IMG/VR virus record: IMGVR_UViG_3300009873_000014
Span: 5,121-69,120 of that record
Source of the DNA: a virus
Lineage: Duplodnaviria; Caudoviricetes
Reading direction: 5' to 3' (one strand)
Length of the DNA: 64,000 nucleotides
The position numbers and the translations under genes were made by a program. The notes beneath the pieces were generated by a model. That model made no database searches and was not told the origin of the DNA. It saw nothing but the letters and a program-made list of their open reading frames with translations. This document shows positions 63,123-64,000 of this stretch, piece by piece (position 1 is the stretch's first letter; the number at the start of each line of letters is the position of its first letter).

Positions 63123-64000
63123 ATGGACCTGCTGCCTGATCTTCCCCAGTCGTACTCCTACGGCGGAGGGGTGCAGAGCACCGCGATGCTCGTGCTCGTT
63201 GGCGAGGGCTACCTCCCGCCCGGCCCCTTCCTGTTCTCCAACGTCGGCGAGGACTCCGAGCACCCGGCGACGATCCGGTACGTGCGCGAGGTCGCCTTCG
63301 AGTACGCCGCGTCTCGCGGTATCGAGATCCATGAGCTGGAACGTGTGGCCACCCGCGGCAAACACAAGGGGCCGATCACGCTCTGGCGTGAGGTGATGGA
63401 TCACACGTCGCGGTCCATCCCGATCCCTGTTCGGATGGGGGACAACGGTGCGCCGGGTACTCGGCAGTGCACCGGCAACTACAAGATCCGGGTCGTGCAG
63501 AAGTGGATCAAGGAGCACGGAGCGACGGCGGCGAATCCGTGGGCGGTGAACGTCGGGATCTCGACCGACGAGTTCGAGCGCGCCAGCTCCCGCACCAACG
63601 AGCCGTACGAGCGTCTCGCCTATCCGCTCCTCACCTTGGAGCACCGGCTCGCTCCGTCTGGCGCGAGCCGAGCGCAGTGCGCCGCCATCATCCGCGACGC
63701 CGGCCTGCCCGTGCCTCCCAAGTCCTCGTGCTTCTTCTGCCCGTTCCACAAGCCCACCGTGTGGGCCGACATGGCGCGGGACGAGCCGGAGCTGTTCGAG
63801 CGGTCGTGCACGATGGAGGACACCCTCAACGTCAGGCGCTCGTCGCTGCCGTGCCCCGGCGCTGGACGCTGGCCGGCCGAGGCCGTCAAGGGGAAGCGGG
63901 ACGACGACGGCAGCGACGCCGAGGTGATCTACCTCGGCTACGACTCGCCGGACGGGAAGGGGGCGTGTCCGTCGTGCCGGTCCCGTCAGCCGATCACCAC
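63123..64000 (+). CDS. PAPS-reductase-family (adenine nucleotide alpha hydrolase) protein, 3'-truncated by window
   Basis: Not in ORF track (open at edge): MDLLPDLPQSYSYGGGVQSTAM...FSNVGED.EHP.T...CT..YKI...GISTDE..R...YPL...PPKSSCFFCPF. Confidence 0.85.
   Translation, partial: MDLLPDLPQSYSYGGGVQSTAMLVLVGEGYLPPGPFLFSNVGEDSEHPATIRYVREVAFEYAASRGIEIHELERVATRGKHKGPITLWREVMDHTSRSIPIPVRMGDNGAPGTRQCTGNYKIRVVQKWIKEHGATAANPWAVNVGISTDEFERASSRTNEPYERLAYPLLTLEHRLAPSGASRAQCAAIIRDAGLPVPPKSSCFFCPFHKPTVWADMARDEPELFERSCTMEDTLNVRRSSLPCPGAGRWPAEAVKGKRDDDGSDAEVIYLGYDSPDGKGACPSCRSRQPIT

Noticed and set aside
1-64000. Prophage, integrase or attP
   Set aside because: No tyrosine or serine recombinase motifs and no host genes in the window; lifestyle cannot be settled because part of the genome is missing

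Overview
The window is most of a high-GC (about 70% by eye) tailed dsDNA siphophage genome, probably infecting an actinobacterium, opened inside the head module. No integrase, tRNA, rRNA, CRISPR array, reverse transcriptase, DNA polymerase or portal gene was recognised; the portal probably lies outside the window. Layout: (i) 1-23 kb (+): head, tail and lysis genes organised like mycobacteriophage cluster B, with separate capsid hexamer and pentamer proteins, a tape measure protein carrying two muralytic domains, and an amidase lysin. (ii) 23-46 kb (+): recombination, replication and accessory genes (Gam-like, ERF, initiator with internal 22-bp iterons, DnaC-like loader, two DNA methyltransferases, HNH proteins, J-domain, TOPRIM, DEDDh exonuclease, RuvC-like, SGNH lipoprotein, SF2 helicase, MerR). 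(iii) 46-54.4 kb (-): a block with its own oligonucleotide signature (TCGA and GGGC/GCCC depleted), encoding a beta-clamp homolog, a ComM-N-domain/HTH fusion and a mosaic 847-aa ORF. (iv) 55-64 kb (+): terminase small subunit, 5.8 kb of accessory genes, terminase large subunit and a PAPS-reductase-family gene. The most notable unannotated patterns are a 16-bp imperfect palindrome (core TACC-NN-GGTA) overlapping the -10 box at about 10 promoters, apparent genome-wide avoidance of CTSSAG through rare codons, a putative first-injected region next to a strand-skew flip near 55.0 kb, and an HNH+methyltransferase cassette that replaced the 3' end of its upstream gene. All functional calls come from motif recognition by eye; no database search was run.
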